Origin: a bacterium
Lineage (GTDB): Bacteria > UBA8248
Direction: 5' to 3'
DNA: 64,000 bases
Assembly (NCBI GenBank): GCA_963692865.2
Contig: OY843592.1
Coordinates: forward strand, 384,001-448,000
The notes beneath the pieces were generated by a model. The model was not told the origin of the DNA. It did no database searches and saw only the letters and a program-made list of their open reading frames with translations. How positions within the stretch are numbered: the stretch's first letter is position 1; every line of letters begins with the position of its first letter. Shown here in pieces: positions 20,583 through 30,857 of the stretch. Position numbers and translations under genes: made by a program.

Positions 20583-21272
20583 TTACATTTTCTCAGAATC
20601 CGGACCGGACCATTCCTCATCGCTCAGAACGTCTTGGTGGACCACGTCCTCCTCCACGGAAGAGACGACGTCCTTCGCCACCTGCTCATACCAGTCGGCC
20701 ACGTCCTTGGGGTAGTCCGTGTGGCTGGGGAGGTCCTTGATGAGGGGGCCTTCCACGGAGGGGATGTCGCTTACGCCGTCGAACTCCTGGGAATATACCC
20801 GCCCTTTTCGCGCGGCGAACTCCTTGTCGATCGTGGCGTCGAGCTTGAGCCACTTGCCGTCCAGATACGCCTCTCCCAGCGAGTGCCACGGCAGCTTCCG
20901 GTCGCCCCATATCTTGGCGACTTCCTCGTTCATGAAAGGCTTGTCGGGGCAATGGAGCTGCTGGAAGCCGATGCGCGAGGGGATGCCCGACGCCCGGCAG
21001 AGGGCGGCGAACATGCTGGCCTTGCCCATGCAGAACGCCTTGCCGTTGTTCAGCACGTCGCTCGCCTGCTTTTTCCCCTCCGCGAGGTAGCGGAACGAAT
21101 CGAGAATGTCATAGGGAAAATCGCGGACGAAATAATAGATATTGTTCAGTTTTTCCTTGTCGTCCGCGCAGCCGTCGGTGAGCTCTTCCGCTTTCGAGAC
21201 GATGTCGGGGTTGTCCGAATCGATGTATTCGGTGGGCTTCAGGTAATCGGCGAGTTCCTGGTTTTCATTCAT
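20583..21272 (-). CDS. Transglutaminase-like domain protein
   Basis: YLKPTEYIDSD, YYFVRD, ASDVL..GKAFCMGKA...ALCRASGIPSRIG, WHS, WLKLDAT (Cys-His-Asp triad). Confidence 0.85.
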   Translation of the reverse strand: MNENQELADYLKPTEYIDSDNPDIVSKAEELTDGCADDKEKLNNIYYFVRDFPYDILDSFRYLAEGKKQASDVLNNGKAFCMGKASMFAALCRASGIPSRIGFQQLHCPDKPFMNEEVAKIWGDRKLPWHSLGEAYLDGKWLKLDATIDKEFAARKGRVYSQEFDGVSDIPSVEGPLIKDLPSHTDYPKDVADWYEQVAKDVVSSVEEDVVHQDVLSDEEWSGPDSEKM

Positions 21273-21301
21273 TGGAAAATCTCCCTGCTCATAAGGGGGC
21301 C

Positions 21302-22309
21302 TCAGCCCCCGTTCGACAGACTCCTGACCTCGGGGAGAATCTCCTCTCCCGCGAGGCGAAGCATATCCATTTCCGCGACATCGGGGATCGTATACAGAAA
21401 ATGACGAACGCCCGCGTCGACGTATTCCATCATCCGCTGTACGCATTCCTCAGGTGTGCCCGCGATTATACCCGTTTGCGGAATGGCGGCAAACCGCTTC
21501 TTCTCCGCCTCGACCCGCGAGCGGTCACGGCTCGGCAAAAGAAGGCACATCAGGGAACGCCTGAGCGCTTCGGGGTCGCGCCCCGCCTCCTCGCAGTTGG
21601 CGTCGATCTCGTCTTTTCGTTCGAGATAGCGCTCCGGCGGCCACCAGCGCACGTTGAAGCCGTCCGCGTACCTGGCCGCGGCGCGAAGAACCTTTTTCCC
21701 CTCTCCGCCGATCCATATCGGGGGCGAGGGTTTCTGGACCGGCGGGGGGTCGCACACCGCGCCCTTGATCGCGTAATGCTCTCCCTCGAACGTGGGGTGA
21801 GGCTCCGTCCATATCTTACGGATCAGCTGAATGGCCTCTTCCATCTGGGCGATGCGGACCGAAGCTCTCGGGAATGGGATGCCGTATGCCTCGTATTCTT
21901 CCTGCATCCAGCCCGCGCCGAGCCCCAGATCGAGCCGCCCGCCGCTGATGTGATCCAGCGTCGCGCCCATTTTCGCCAGCACCGAGGGGATGCGGTAGGA
22001 GTTGCTGAGAACGCTGGTTCCGATGCGGAGCTTCTCCGTGACCTGGGAGAGGGCGCTGAGCGCCGTCCATGTTTCGAGAAGGGGAATGGAGCCCGAGCCG
22101 ACGCCTCCTGACTCTCCCTCGTCTTCGAAGCCTGCGTCTTTGGCATACGAACTCGGGTCGAGGGTCAGGAAGTGATCGCAAAGCCATACCGAATCGAAAC
22201 CCAGACGCTCCGCCTCCCGGGCCACCGATTTCATGTCCTCGAAGTTGCCGACGGCGAGTCCCCGGATGGTCAGGGCCATGATCAAACCGAATTCAACGCG
22301 GGAGTTCAT
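21302..22309 (-). CDS. LLM class flavin/F420-dependent oxidoreductase
   Basis: AERLGFDSVWLCDH, ETWTALSAL, LAKMGATLDHISGGRLDLGLGAGW, PPIWIGGEG. Confidence 0.92.
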   Translation of the reverse strand: MNSRVEFGLIMALTIRGLAVGNFEDMKSVAREAERLGFDSVWLCDHFLTLDPSSYAKDAGFEDEGESGGVGSGSIPLLETWTALSALSQVTEKLRIGTSVLSNSYRIPSVLAKMGATLDHISGGRLDLGLGAGWMQEEYEAYGIPFPRASVRIAQMEEAIQLIRKIWTEPHPTFEGEHYAIKGAVCDPPPVQKPSPPIWIGGEGKKVLRAAARYADGFNVRWWPPERYLERKDEIDANCEEAGRDPEALRRSLMCLLLPSRDRSRVEAEKKRFAAIPQTGIIAGTPEECVQRMMEYVDAGVRHFLYTIPDVAEMDMLRLAGEEILPEVRSLSNGG

Positions 22310-22349
22310 CCAGAATCCTCCTCGTTTCCATTGAAGTGAAAACAAAAAA

Positions 22350-23051
22350 TCATACGGCCAGATAGCGCGATTTCAGTTCCTCGTCCTCTTCAAGCTGCGC
22401 CACCGTGCCGTCGAAACGAACCCTGCCGTTGTCGATGATGTAGACGCGATCGGAGAGCCGGCAGGCGAAGCGGGTATTTTGCTCCACCAGCAACACGGCG
22501 ATCCCCTCCTCCCGGAGCGTCCCGATCATCTCGCCCACGTCCTTCACGATGGCCGGCGCCAGGCCTTCCGAGGGTTCATCGAGAAGAACGAGTTTCGGCG
22601 CCCCCATCAACGCGCGGGCGATGGCGAGCATCTGCTGTTCGCCGCCGCTGAGCTCGTTTCCCTTGTGGGCTTTCAATTGCTCAAGCTTGGGAAAAAGACC
22701 ATATATGCGCTCAAGAGTCCAGCCGCTTGGCCGATCCAGCTTGAAGGCGCCGATTTCGAGATTCTCCTCCACGCTCAGGCGGGAGAATATCCTCCTGTCC
22801 TCGGGCACGAAACCCACCCCTTTTCTGGCGATCTCATGCGGCTTCAGGCGCTGCACCTCCTCGTCCAGCCAGCGTACGCTTCCCTCCCGAGGGGGCGTCA
22901 GCCCCATGATGGAGCGCAGCGCCGTCGTCTTGCCCGCGCCGTTCCTGCCGAGCAGGCTCACCACCTCCCCTTCGGCGACCCTCATATCCACGTCGAACAG
23001 GATATGGCTGTCCCCGTAGAACGTGTTTATTTTCTCGACGGTGAGAATCAA
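22350..23051 (-). CDS. livF: Branched-chain amino acid-type ABC transporter ATPase (LivF-like)
   Basis: GRNGAGKT, VPEDRRIF, LSGGEQQMLAI, DEPSEGLAP. Confidence 0.88.
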   Translation of the reverse strand: MILTVEKINTFYGDSHILFDVDMRVAEGEVVSLLGRNGAGKTTALRSIMGLTPPREGSVRWLDEEVQRLKPHEIARKGVGFVPEDRRIFSRLSVEENLEIGAFKLDRPSGWTLERIYGLFPKLEQLKAHKGNELSGGEQQMLAIARALMGAPKLVLLDEPSEGLAPAIVKDVGEMIGTLREEGIAVLLVEQNTRFACRLSDRVYIIDNGRVRFDGTVAQLEEDEELKSRYLAV

Positions 23052-23800
23052 ACCTCTTCTCCCAGGTAGGCGAGACGAACGAGGTCGTCGTTTCGAATCT
23101 CATCCGGCGTTCCCTCGGCGATGATGCTTCCCTGATGCAGGACGGATATGCGATCGGCGATCGAGAAAACCACGCTCATGTCGTGCTCGGTGAAGACGAC
23201 CGTCTTGTCGTGGGATATCTTCTTTACGAGATCGATGGTGCTCGAGGTCTCCTCGATGGACATGCCGGCCGTCGGCTCATCGAGCAGGATCAGCCGGGGT
23301 TCGAGCGCCAGCGTTATGCCCAGTTCCAGGTTTCTTCTCTCCCCGTGGCCCAGCTCGGTGGTCGGGTGATGCGCCTTGTGTCCGAGTTCCACCTCGCCGA
23401 GGATCGCGAGCGCCTCGTCCTGTTCTTCGGTGTGCTTCTCGATGGGGGAAAACATGTCCAGCGTCTTGCCCCGTCTCGCCAGAACGGCGATGCGGACGTT
23501 GTCCAGTACCGAGAGCCGGGGAAATATGTTCGTGATCTGAAAAGAGCGGCCCACCCCTTTTTTCACCACCGCGTGCGGAGGAAAGCCGGTAATGTCCTCG
23601 CCCTCGAAGAAAACGCCGCCCGCCGTCGGTTCGAGCTTCCCTGAAATCAGGTTGAAAAACGTGGTCTTCCCCGCCCCGTTGGGCCCGATGACGGCGCACA
23701 GTTCACCCGTTGGAACCTGGAAGTCCACCTCGTTCACCGCCAGAAGCGAACCGAACTGTTTGCTGAGAGCCTTGGTCTCAAGAACGGGCGTCGTCGCCAT
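23048..23800 (-). CDS. livG: Branched-chain amino acid-type ABC transporter ATPase (LivG-like)
   Basis: GPNGAGKT, GRSFQITNIF, DEPTAGM, EHDM. Confidence 0.88.
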   Translation of the reverse strand: MATTPVLETKALSKQFGSLLAVNEVDFQVPTGELCAVIGPNGAGKTTFFNLISGKLEPTAGGVFFEGEDITGFPPHAVVKKGVGRSFQITNIFPRLSVLDNVRIAVLARRGKTLDMFSPIEKHTEEQDEALAILGEVELGHKAHHPTTELGHGERRNLELGITLALEPRLILLDEPTAGMSIEETSSTIDLVKKISHDKTVVFTEHDMSVVFSIADRISVLHQGSIIAEGTPDEIRNDDLVRLAYLGEEV

Positions 23801-24806
23801 CGTTTCCACCAATCGATAATCCGGATATCCACCCCTCGAAGAACCCCAGGATTCCGCCGGGGAGGAACAGTACCAGGAGCACCAGGATGCCGCCGACGAC
23901 GATCCGCCAGTACTCCATGAAATTCAATACCGTGTCCCGGATATATAAAAGCAGACCCGCGCCGAATGCCGGACCCAGGAAAGAGTACATGCCGCCCAGG
24001 ATCGTCATCAGAACGATCTCGCCCGATTGGGTCCAGTAGAGCAGATCGGGTGAGATATAACCCTGAAAAGTCGAGTATAGGCCGCCCGCGAAACCGCCGA
24101 GGGCGCCTGCGATGATGAAGGCGTACAGCTTGTACCTGTGCACCGGCAGGCCGATGAACTCCACGCGCTCGGGGTTCTCCCGGATGGCCTGCAGCACCCT
24201 GCCGAAAGGGGAATTCGCGATCTTCCACGCGAGGAAGATGAGCCCCGCCACGATGATCAGCACGAAGTAATAAAAGTTCGTGAACGATTCCAGCGATATG
24301 GTGAACGCGCCCGGAATCCCGATATCGGGCTTCGGGATGCCGAGCATCCCGTCGTCCCCGCCGGTGACGCCGCGCCAGTAGTAGGCGACGGTGTAGACGA
24401 CTTGGGAGAACGCGAGGGTCAGCATGGCGAAATAAAGCCCCGCCAGACGCACGCAAAAAACGCCCATGAACCAGGCGAGAAGGGCGCACGACGCGCCCGC
24501 CACAATCAGTCCGGCCCACATGGAGGGATAGACGTTCTTCGTCAGCAGGGCGAAGGCGTAGGCGCCCACGCCCAGATAGACCGCATGGCCCAGGGAGACG
24601 AGGCCGGTGTAGCCGATGAGAAAATTCAGGCTGATGGCGAGGAGGCTCGCGATCAGGATTTCCGTGCAAAGCTGAATGTAATAGTCACTCGTAACCAGAA
24701 ACGGCGCGAGAACGGCCAGGACGAGCAGGACCGAGACGCCGAAGCGCCCGGTGAGGCGCTCCGCGAGACGGCTTAAGAAAAATTTTCCACTCGATGCGCT
24801 ATTCAT
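23778..24806 (-). CDS. livM: Branched-chain amino acid-type ABC permease (LivM-like)
   Basis: GYTGLVSLGH, YFAMLTLAF, SPFGRVLQAIREN. Confidence 0.88.
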   Translation of the reverse strand: MNSASSGKFFLSRLAERLTGRFGVSVLLVLAVLAPFLVTSDYYIQLCTEILIASLLAISLNFLIGYTGLVSLGHAVYLGVGAYAFALLTKNVYPSMWAGLIVAGASCALLAWFMGVFCVRLAGLYFAMLTLAFSQVVYTVAYYWRGVTGGDDGMLGIPKPDIGIPGAFTISLESFTNFYYFVLIIVAGLIFLAWKIANSPFGRVLQAIRENPERVEFIGLPVHRYKLYAFIIAGALGGFAGGLYSTFQGYISPDLLYWTQSGEIVLMTILGGMYSFLGPAFGAGLLLYIRDTVLNFMEYWRIVVGGILVLLVLFLPGGILGFFEGWISGLSIGGNDGDDARS

Positions 24807-24821
24807 GGTCTTTTCACGTCC

Positions 24822-25703
24822 CTAAATCGTCGTTTCGCCGAACAGGCCGCGGGGTCTCAGGATCAGGATCGGCAGCACGAGGGCGTAGATGAAAATCATC
24901 GCGAAATTCTCCAAAATCTCGATGCCGAACGCCTTGAGCATCCCGATGAGCACCGCGCCCACGAACGCGCCCAGATAGCTCCCCATTCCCCCGATGATGA
25001 CGACGATGAACGATTCGATGATGATCTCCACCCCCATGCCGGGCTCCACGCTCCTCATGGGAGCCGCCAGAATGCCGCCCAGGCTCGCGAGCCAGGCGCC
25101 CAGGGCGAATACGCCGGTGAACACCCGGTTCACGTTCACCCCCAGGGCGTCGAGCATCTCGCTGTCCGTGGCGGCGGCGCGGATGAGTTTCCCGAAGTTC
25201 GTCCGGTGCAGGATGAACCACAGGAATACGCCCATCAGCGGGCCGATAGCGATGATGAACAGGAAATACACGGGATAACTGAAATCCCCGATGGTGAGTC
25301 GCCCCTCGAACAGCGCGGGGATGGGGACGGACTTGTAGTCCCGGCCCCAGATCAGCAGAACCAGATCGTCGAGAATGAGCGTGAAGCCGTAAGTCAGGAG
25401 CAGGGTGTAGAGCCTTTCCCGGCCATAGAGGGGGCGCAGGCAGAACGCCTCGATGATGGTGCCGAACCCCGCCACCACGAGGGGCGCCAGGAGCAGGCCC
25501 ACCCAGAACCAGCTCGGGTTCTTGATGACCGAGCTTGAGAAAATCAGAAAAGCGCCCAGCATGTAGAACGAGCCGTGGGCCAGGTTCAGGACGCCCAGCA
25601 CGCCCAGGAGAATCGTCAGCCCAGATGCGATCAGGAAGAGAACCATCGCGTTGGCCAACCCGTTCAGAAACTGGGTCAACCAGAAACTGACGTCCAATTC
25701 CAT
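24822..25703 (-). CDS. livH: Branched-chain amino acid-type ABC permease (LivH-like)
   Basis: GVLNLAHGSFYMLGA, TNFGKLIRA, VVIIGGMGS, RPRGLFG. Confidence 0.88.
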   Translation of the reverse strand: MELDVSFWLTQFLNGLANAMVLFLIASGLTILLGVLGVLNLAHGSFYMLGAFLIFSSSVIKNPSWFWVGLLLAPLVVAGFGTIIEAFCLRPLYGRERLYTLLLTYGFTLILDDLVLLIWGRDYKSVPIPALFEGRLTIGDFSYPVYFLFIIAIGPLMGVFLWFILHRTNFGKLIRAAATDSEMLDALGVNVNRVFTGVFALGAWLASLGGILAAPMRSVEPGMGVEIIIESFIVVIIGGMGSYLGAFVGAVLIGMLKAFGIEILENFAMIFIYALVLPILILRPRGLFGETTI

Positions 25704-25779
25704 GCGCCCGGGCCTCCGGAAAAAGGTGAAGCGGCGCCCCGGGAATTTCCCGGGGCGCCCGCGGCTTCACGCGATATGA

Positions 25780-27000
25780 TTATTTCCGGCAGCCCTGGCC
25801 CGTGTTCTCGTCGGGGTGAGAACCCTCGACGGGAGATATCACCTGAATGTTCGAGAGGATCGGGAATGGGTAGTCCTTGCCCTTCGAGATCACGCCCCAG
25901 AAGCTGGACTGCCAGCCCTGGTGGTCGGATGGACGCATGATGATCCATCCCTCGGGTGAGTTGAAGGCGACGCCGCCCATGGCGTCAATCGCCTTCTCCT
26001 TGTCCACGGCGCCCGCGCGGCGGATGGACTCCGCGATCACGTGGACGGTCGAGTACGCCTCGCCGGCCGTCATGTCCGGATAGACGTTGTACGCCTTGCG
26101 GAAGTTGTCCACGAAACGCTTGTTGCCCGCGGAAACCGGATAGTTGTGCAGATAGCGCGAACTCGCCCAGTGGCCGAACGGCGCCTGATCGCCCAGCGCC
26201 TTGAGCACCACGTGGTTGCCGCCGAAATCGGTGAATATCTTCACCTTCTCGTACATCCCGAACGAGCGGGCCTGCTTCATGAACTTGATGAGGTCCGCCC
26301 CGAACAGGCCGACGTAGATGGCGTCGGGCTTTGCTTTCTGCATCTTGTTGATGTAGGCGGAGTAATCGTTCTCGCCCAGCTTCGGCCAGGCGGCATAGGG
26401 GCGTTTCGCGCCCGGGTCGCGTTCTTTCAGGTAGTTCCAGAACTGCCGGACGACGGAGCGGCCGTATGAGAAATCTGAAGATATCGTCGCCCAATTCTTC
26501 AAGCCCAGCCGGTGGGCGATGACGGCGCCCGCGCGGGAGGTCTGCTGCGCGCTGCTGCCCACGCGCCAGGTGTAGCGGCTGCAGAATTTCGTGTTGATCT
26601 CCTCGGTCGCCGCCCAGGGGAAGTTCATCGTCTTGAGCTTTTTCGATTCCTGCAGGACCGCGATGGCCGCTCCGCCGTGCAGGGGGCCGAGCAGGGCGAA
26701 AACCTTGTCGCGCAGGATCAGCCGCCGCGCCGTGCGCACCGAACTCGCCGGGTTGGTCTCCGAGTCCCGGATCAGCGCCTCGAACTTGTGGCCCAGGACG
26801 CCGCCCGCGTCGTTGATTTCCTTGACGGCCATGTTGATGCCCTGGCTCGTTCGTTTCCCCACGATGGAATAAAGGCCCGTGAGCGGTGAGAGAACGCCTA
26901 TCTTGATGGTTTTCGCCGCATGTGAGGCGGTCGCGCCGGATGACGCAAGCGCAAGCGACATGACTGCGGCGATGAGCGCTTTTTTTCTGAAACCGGACAT
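25780..27000 (-). CDS. Branched-chain amino acid-type ABC substrate-binding protein
   Basis: Signal peptide, IKIGVLSPLTG, INDAGGVLG, RPSDHQ; heads the liv-like operon. Confidence 0.88.
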   Translation of the reverse strand: MSGFRKKALIAAVMSLALASSGATASHAAKTIKIGVLSPLTGLYSIVGKRTSQGINMAVKEINDAGGVLGHKFEALIRDSETNPASSVRTARRLILRDKVFALLGPLHGGAAIAVLQESKKLKTMNFPWAATEEINTKFCSRYTWRVGSSAQQTSRAGAVIAHRLGLKNWATISSDFSYGRSVVRQFWNYLKERDPGAKRPYAAWPKLGENDYSAYINKMQKAKPDAIYVGLFGADLIKFMKQARSFGMYEKVKIFTDFGGNHVVLKALGDQAPFGHWASSRYLHNYPVSAGNKRFVDNFRKAYNVYPDMTAGEAYSTVHVIAESIRRAGAVDKEKAIDAMGGVAFNSPEGWIIMRPSDHQGWQSSFWGVISKGKDYPFPILSNIQVISPVEGSHPDENTGQGCRK

Positions 27001-27245
27001 GAGAAGCCCCCCTTGAAGATGGAAACATACGAATTCGAATAGCCGGAATCAGTCCGTTCGGGACGGAAAACCGGACGCCGGAGCAGATTTGTTTTCCATG
27101 TAGCGAGCAGGTTAGATGAGCCTCGATTCGGGGTCAAGGCCCAGGTTTTTCGTTCCGAACCGCCACAAGGCGGCTGCGACTAAGACGACGCGGATACCCC
27201 GCCTATGCTTCATTCAGGGGCAGCAAGGGCCGGCCGATGCGCCTT

Positions 27246-28754
27246 CTATGCGGAGGAAGGGATGGATGCGTTCCTCTCCGCCTTCTTCTTTATTCTCCAC
27301 TCGAGAAAGAACGGCCAGGCGAAAGAGATCACCGAGAGGCACAGGAAGAACAGACACCACGGCGACGTGAAGAAAATCGAGATGTCGCCCTTTGACGAGG
27401 CGAGGGCGACCCGCATGTGCTCCTCGAGTTGCCGTCCCAGCACGAGCGCGAGCAGCATGGGGACGACGGGGATGTCGAGCCACTTGAAGGAAAGCGCCAC
27501 GAGGCCGAAGAAGAACATGACGTAGACGTCGAAGAAGGAATTTCTCAGCGCGTACGTCCCCAGAACGCACAGGGCGACGATGATCGGAAGCAGCAGCGAG
27601 CGGGGGATGGACAGCAGCTTGACGATGACGCGCAGCCCCAGGAACGCGACCGTCGCCGTGCTGCAGATCGCGATGAAATACGAGAAGAGCACCGAAAACG
27701 CGAAGGGTCCCTGCTCCACGAAAAGGAGCGGCCCCGGCGCCATGCCGTGCACCAGCAGGGCGCCGATGAGGATGGCGGTTATCGGGTCGCCCGGAATGCC
27801 CAGCGTCATCATGGGAATGAGCGCCCCGCCCGCGATGGAGCTGTTCGCCGACTCGGGCGCGGCCACTCCCTCCACGCAGCCCTTGCCGAACTGCTCCGGC
27901 TCCTTGCTGGCCTTCTGGGCGTAGTCGTAGCTCACGAAGACGGCTATCGGGCCGCCCGCGCCGGGGAGAATACCCACGAAGGTGCCCACGATGGAGCCGA
28001 TGGCCACCGGAAGCCGGATTTTCTTGATGTCCGCCCAACTGGGAAACACGCGGCCGAACCGCGATGCGACCGAGCGGATGTTCCCCTCCGCCAGGTTCGC
28101 CACGATTTCCGGAATGGCGAACAGGCCCACGAGGGCGGGGATGAAGTGGATTCCCGCGAGCATGTTCACGTCACCGAAGGTGAAGCGCGCCGTCCCCACG
28201 AGCGGGTCCATCCCCACCGTGACGATCATGAGGCCCAGGAAAGTGGACAACAGGCCCTTCACGAGCGATTTCGCCGCGAAGGCGGATATGACGGACATTC
28301 CGAAAAAGACCAGCCCGAACAGGTCGGCCGCCCGGAACTGGAGAGCCACTTTCGTGAGTTGGGGAGCGATGAGCAGCAGGCAGAAGAAACTGAAAAGACC
28401 GCCTGTGAAGCTCGATACGATGGAAACGCCCAGCGCGCGTCCGGCCTCGCCCTTTTGAGTGAGGGGGAAACCATCCATCGTGGTGGCCGAGGCCGAGGGC
28501 GATCCGGGAATGTTGATGAGAATCGCGGCGAAACTCCCCCCCGTCATACCGCCCGCGAAGACGCCGAGCAGCAGCGCCACGGCGGTCGTCGGCTCCAGGA
28601 TAAAGGTGACCGGGAACAGGATGATGATGCCCGCGCTCGTCGTCAGCCCCGGCATCATCCCGCATATGAGGCCGTGCAGCGCGCCCAAGGCGGTGGCCAG
28701 AATGCTCGTCGGCGCGAGAGCGAGGTAGAACCCCTGAAGCAGATCACCGTTCAT
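27246..28754 (-). CDS. tctA: Tripartite tricarboxylate transporter permease TctA (second copy)
   Basis: GGSFAAILINIPG, DGFPLTQKG, APESANS, MTLGIPGD. Confidence 0.92.
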   Translation of the reverse strand: MNGDLLQGFYLALAPTSILATALGALHGLICGMMPGLTTSAGIIILFPVTFILEPTTAVALLLGVFAGGMTGGSFAAILINIPGSPSASATTMDGFPLTQKGEAGRALGVSIVSSFTGGLFSFFCLLLIAPQLTKVALQFRAADLFGLVFFGMSVISAFAAKSLVKGLLSTFLGLMIVTVGMDPLVGTARFTFGDVNMLAGIHFIPALVGLFAIPEIVANLAEGNIRSVASRFGRVFPSWADIKKIRLPVAIGSIVGTFVGILPGAGGPIAVFVSYDYAQKASKEPEQFGKGCVEGVAAPESANSSIAGGALIPMMTLGIPGDPITAILIGALLVHGMAPGPLLFVEQGPFAFSVLFSYFIAICSTATVAFLGLRVIVKLLSIPRSLLLPIIVALCVLGTYALRNSFFDVYVMFFFGLVALSFKWLDIPVVPMLLALVLGRQLEEHMRVALASSKGDISIFFTSPWCLFFLCLSVISFAWPFFLEWRIKKKAERNASIPSSA

Positions 28755-28760
28755 GTGGCG

Positions 28761-29243
28761 TCATCCCAAAAAACTTCCCCTCGGAAGGGGAAGCTGAAAA
28801 ATATCGCGGAACAAAAAGAACAAGAACATGGGAACGATAATCGCCAGAGCGAGAAGAACCAGGGGGCGGCGCTCGCCTGAAGTCCACATGAGAGCGGCGA
28901 AGAAGACGGGCGTGGACCAGAAAAACCCGAAGGTCGAGAGCGCGAAGAAATAAAGCCCCGTGAGCAGCAGGCCGGCCGCCGCGCGGGCGATGCTGAAATT
29001 CTCGTTCGCCGATGGTCTTTCGGGCCACAGGTCGGCGAGGCCGCCGGAGCCCTTGAGACCCCTCACCCCCTGGAAGATGAGCGCCGCGGCGAGGACGAGT
29101 ATCGAGACGGTGATCAGGTAGGGGAAAAAATGGGGGCCCGGCGCGTCTGTCGTGGTGCGCTTTGGAAGCAGGGTGGCGAGGCCGCCGTAGTAGAGCGTAA
29201 ACCCGAGGATGACCACCCCGCCGACTATGTTTCTCAGACCCAT
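28761..29243 (-). CDS. tctB: Tripartite tricarboxylate transporter TctB (second copy)
   Basis: PGPHFFP, F...FQLPLPRG; multi-TM. Confidence 0.87.
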   Translation of the reverse strand: MGLRNIVGGVVILGFTLYYGGLATLLPKRTTTDAPGPHFFPYLITVSILVLAAALIFQGVRGLKGSGGLADLWPERPSANENFSIARAAAGLLLTGLYFFALSTFGFFWSTPVFFAALMWTSGERRPLVLLALAIIVPMFLFFLFRDIFQLPLPRGSFLG

Positions 29244-29339
29244 CCCGAATCCGTCCGAAAGAAATGAATACGACTCGAAAACGAAGGCCGCCCCCTCGTC
29301 AGAGAGAGGCGGCCCCCGTGTTTCACGCGATTGGCGTCC

Positions 29340-30314
29340 TTATTTCTTCACCTTGGACTTGTATACCCCCGTCGCCTTCATGATGTCGGCGACAATCTTG
29401 TCGCGCTTGGCGAGCATCTTGCCGAACTCTTCAGGCCCGCTCGGGTCGATCGTGAAGCCCTTCGTCTTGGCCAGCTTCTTGAAAGCAGCCGAGTTGGCGG
29501 CCTTCGTCATGGCGTCCACGAGCTTCGCCTTCACCGCGGCGGGCGTTCCCTTCGGCACGCTCAAGCCCCGGAAGTGGTCGAAGTCAATGTCGTGGCCCAT
29601 TTCCTTCATGGTGGGCACGTCCGGGATCGCCGGGTTCCGCTTGCCCGTGATGTGGGTGATGATGCGGAACTTGTTCGCTTTCGCCAGACGAATCGCCCCC
29701 GTGAGAGGCGCTCCCATGGCGTCGACCTCGCCGCTCAGAAGCGCCGCGTTGCGCCGCTTGACGCCCAGGGGAACGAGGATGGCCTTGCACCCCGTCATGT
29801 CCGTAAAAATGACCGCCGTCAGGTGCGTGGTGCTGCCGGTGCCCGCGTGTCCGATTTTGAGCGTGTTCGGCTTTTTCTTGCAATCCGCCACGAAATCCTT
29901 GACCGTCTTCCATTTCGATTTGGCGTTCACGGCCACCGTCAAAGGCTGGAAGTGGACCCGCCCGATGTGATCGAGTTCCTGATAGCCCCACGGCACGTTG
30001 CCGATGTTCGTGGTGGTGAGAATGGAGGTGGAGTTCCAGGCCACGGTATAGCCGTCGGGCTTCGAGTTCTTGACGAACGTGTAGGTGACGGCCCCGCCCG
30101 CGCCGGTCTTGTTGATGGCCACCACGGGAACGCCGAGCGCCTTCGCCATGCCCTTGGCGAGCAGGCGCCCCTCGATGTCCGCGCCGCCGCCCGCGCCGAA
30201 GGGAATGATGAACTGGATCGGCTTCTCGGGATAGGCGGCCGAAGCGGATTGCAGCGGCATCGCGGCTGCGAATACGGCTATCAGCATTACGCACAGGATT
30301 CGATGTACTTTCAT
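29340..30314 (-). CDS. tctC: Tripartite tricarboxylate transporter substrate-binding protein TctC (second copy)
   Basis: YPEKPIQFIIPFGAGGGAD, GAGG, KPDGYT, PKGTP. Confidence 0.9.
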   Translation of the reverse strand: MKVHRILCVMLIAVFAAAMPLQSASAAYPEKPIQFIIPFGAGGGADIEGRLLAKGMAKALGVPVVAINKTGAGGAVTYTFVKNSKPDGYTVAWNSTSILTTTNIGNVPWGYQELDHIGRVHFQPLTVAVNAKSKWKTVKDFVADCKKKPNTLKIGHAGTGSTTHLTAVIFTDMTGCKAILVPLGVKRRNAALLSGEVDAMGAPLTGAIRLAKANKFRIITHITGKRNPAIPDVPTMKEMGHDIDFDHFRGLSVPKGTPAAVKAKLVDAMTKAANSAAFKKLAKTKGFTIDPSGPEEFGKMLAKRDKIVADIMKATGVYKSKVKK

Positions 30315-30449
30315 CTGTTTACCCCCTTGATGGAAAAGATACGCTCCCGATTCACGGAAACGGGACACCTGAAAATCGTTCCTGACGTTGGAGAATCCTA
30401 TTATCGCTTATTTCGGCGCGAGAATCCATCCCGCTTTTCCGGTGCGCGG

Positions 30450-30834
30450 CGGCGGCCCGCCGCTCCAGCGCGCCGGACGCCTTCGAGTACGCGCAGCCCG
30501 AATCCGCCGCCGCCATCACGGGCTTGAGGCCCGGCAACGCGCATACCGCCTCCAGGTGGGGCTCCATCATCTCCGGCTCGTTCAACGTCCCCTCCGTCAC
30601 CGCCACGTCGAGAACCACGCCCCGCTCATCGTCCACCGCCGCGTGGCGCTTGCAGTTCGGCTCGTACCCCGCGCGAGCGCTCCTGCGCGCCGGACGCGCG
30701 TCGGGGTCCGTCCGGCTCACCGGACCCCCGCCGCCGCCCTTCTTCCCCGCCTCATCCTCGGCGGGGTTCTCCCGAATCACCTCCTCTGCGCGGCGCTCCG
30801 CCAGACTCGCCCGACTCACGTCCGCCCGTATCAT
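30450..30834 (-). pseudogene. IS1182-family transposase internal fragment
   Basis: IRADVS..SL, SRTDPDAR, EPNCKRHAAVDDERGVVLDVAVT.G..NE, AADSG.AYSK resemble the IS1182 DDE region; both termini missing. Confidence 0.75.
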
Positions 30835-30857
30835 TGAGAACCCGCCCCCGCGGGCCT

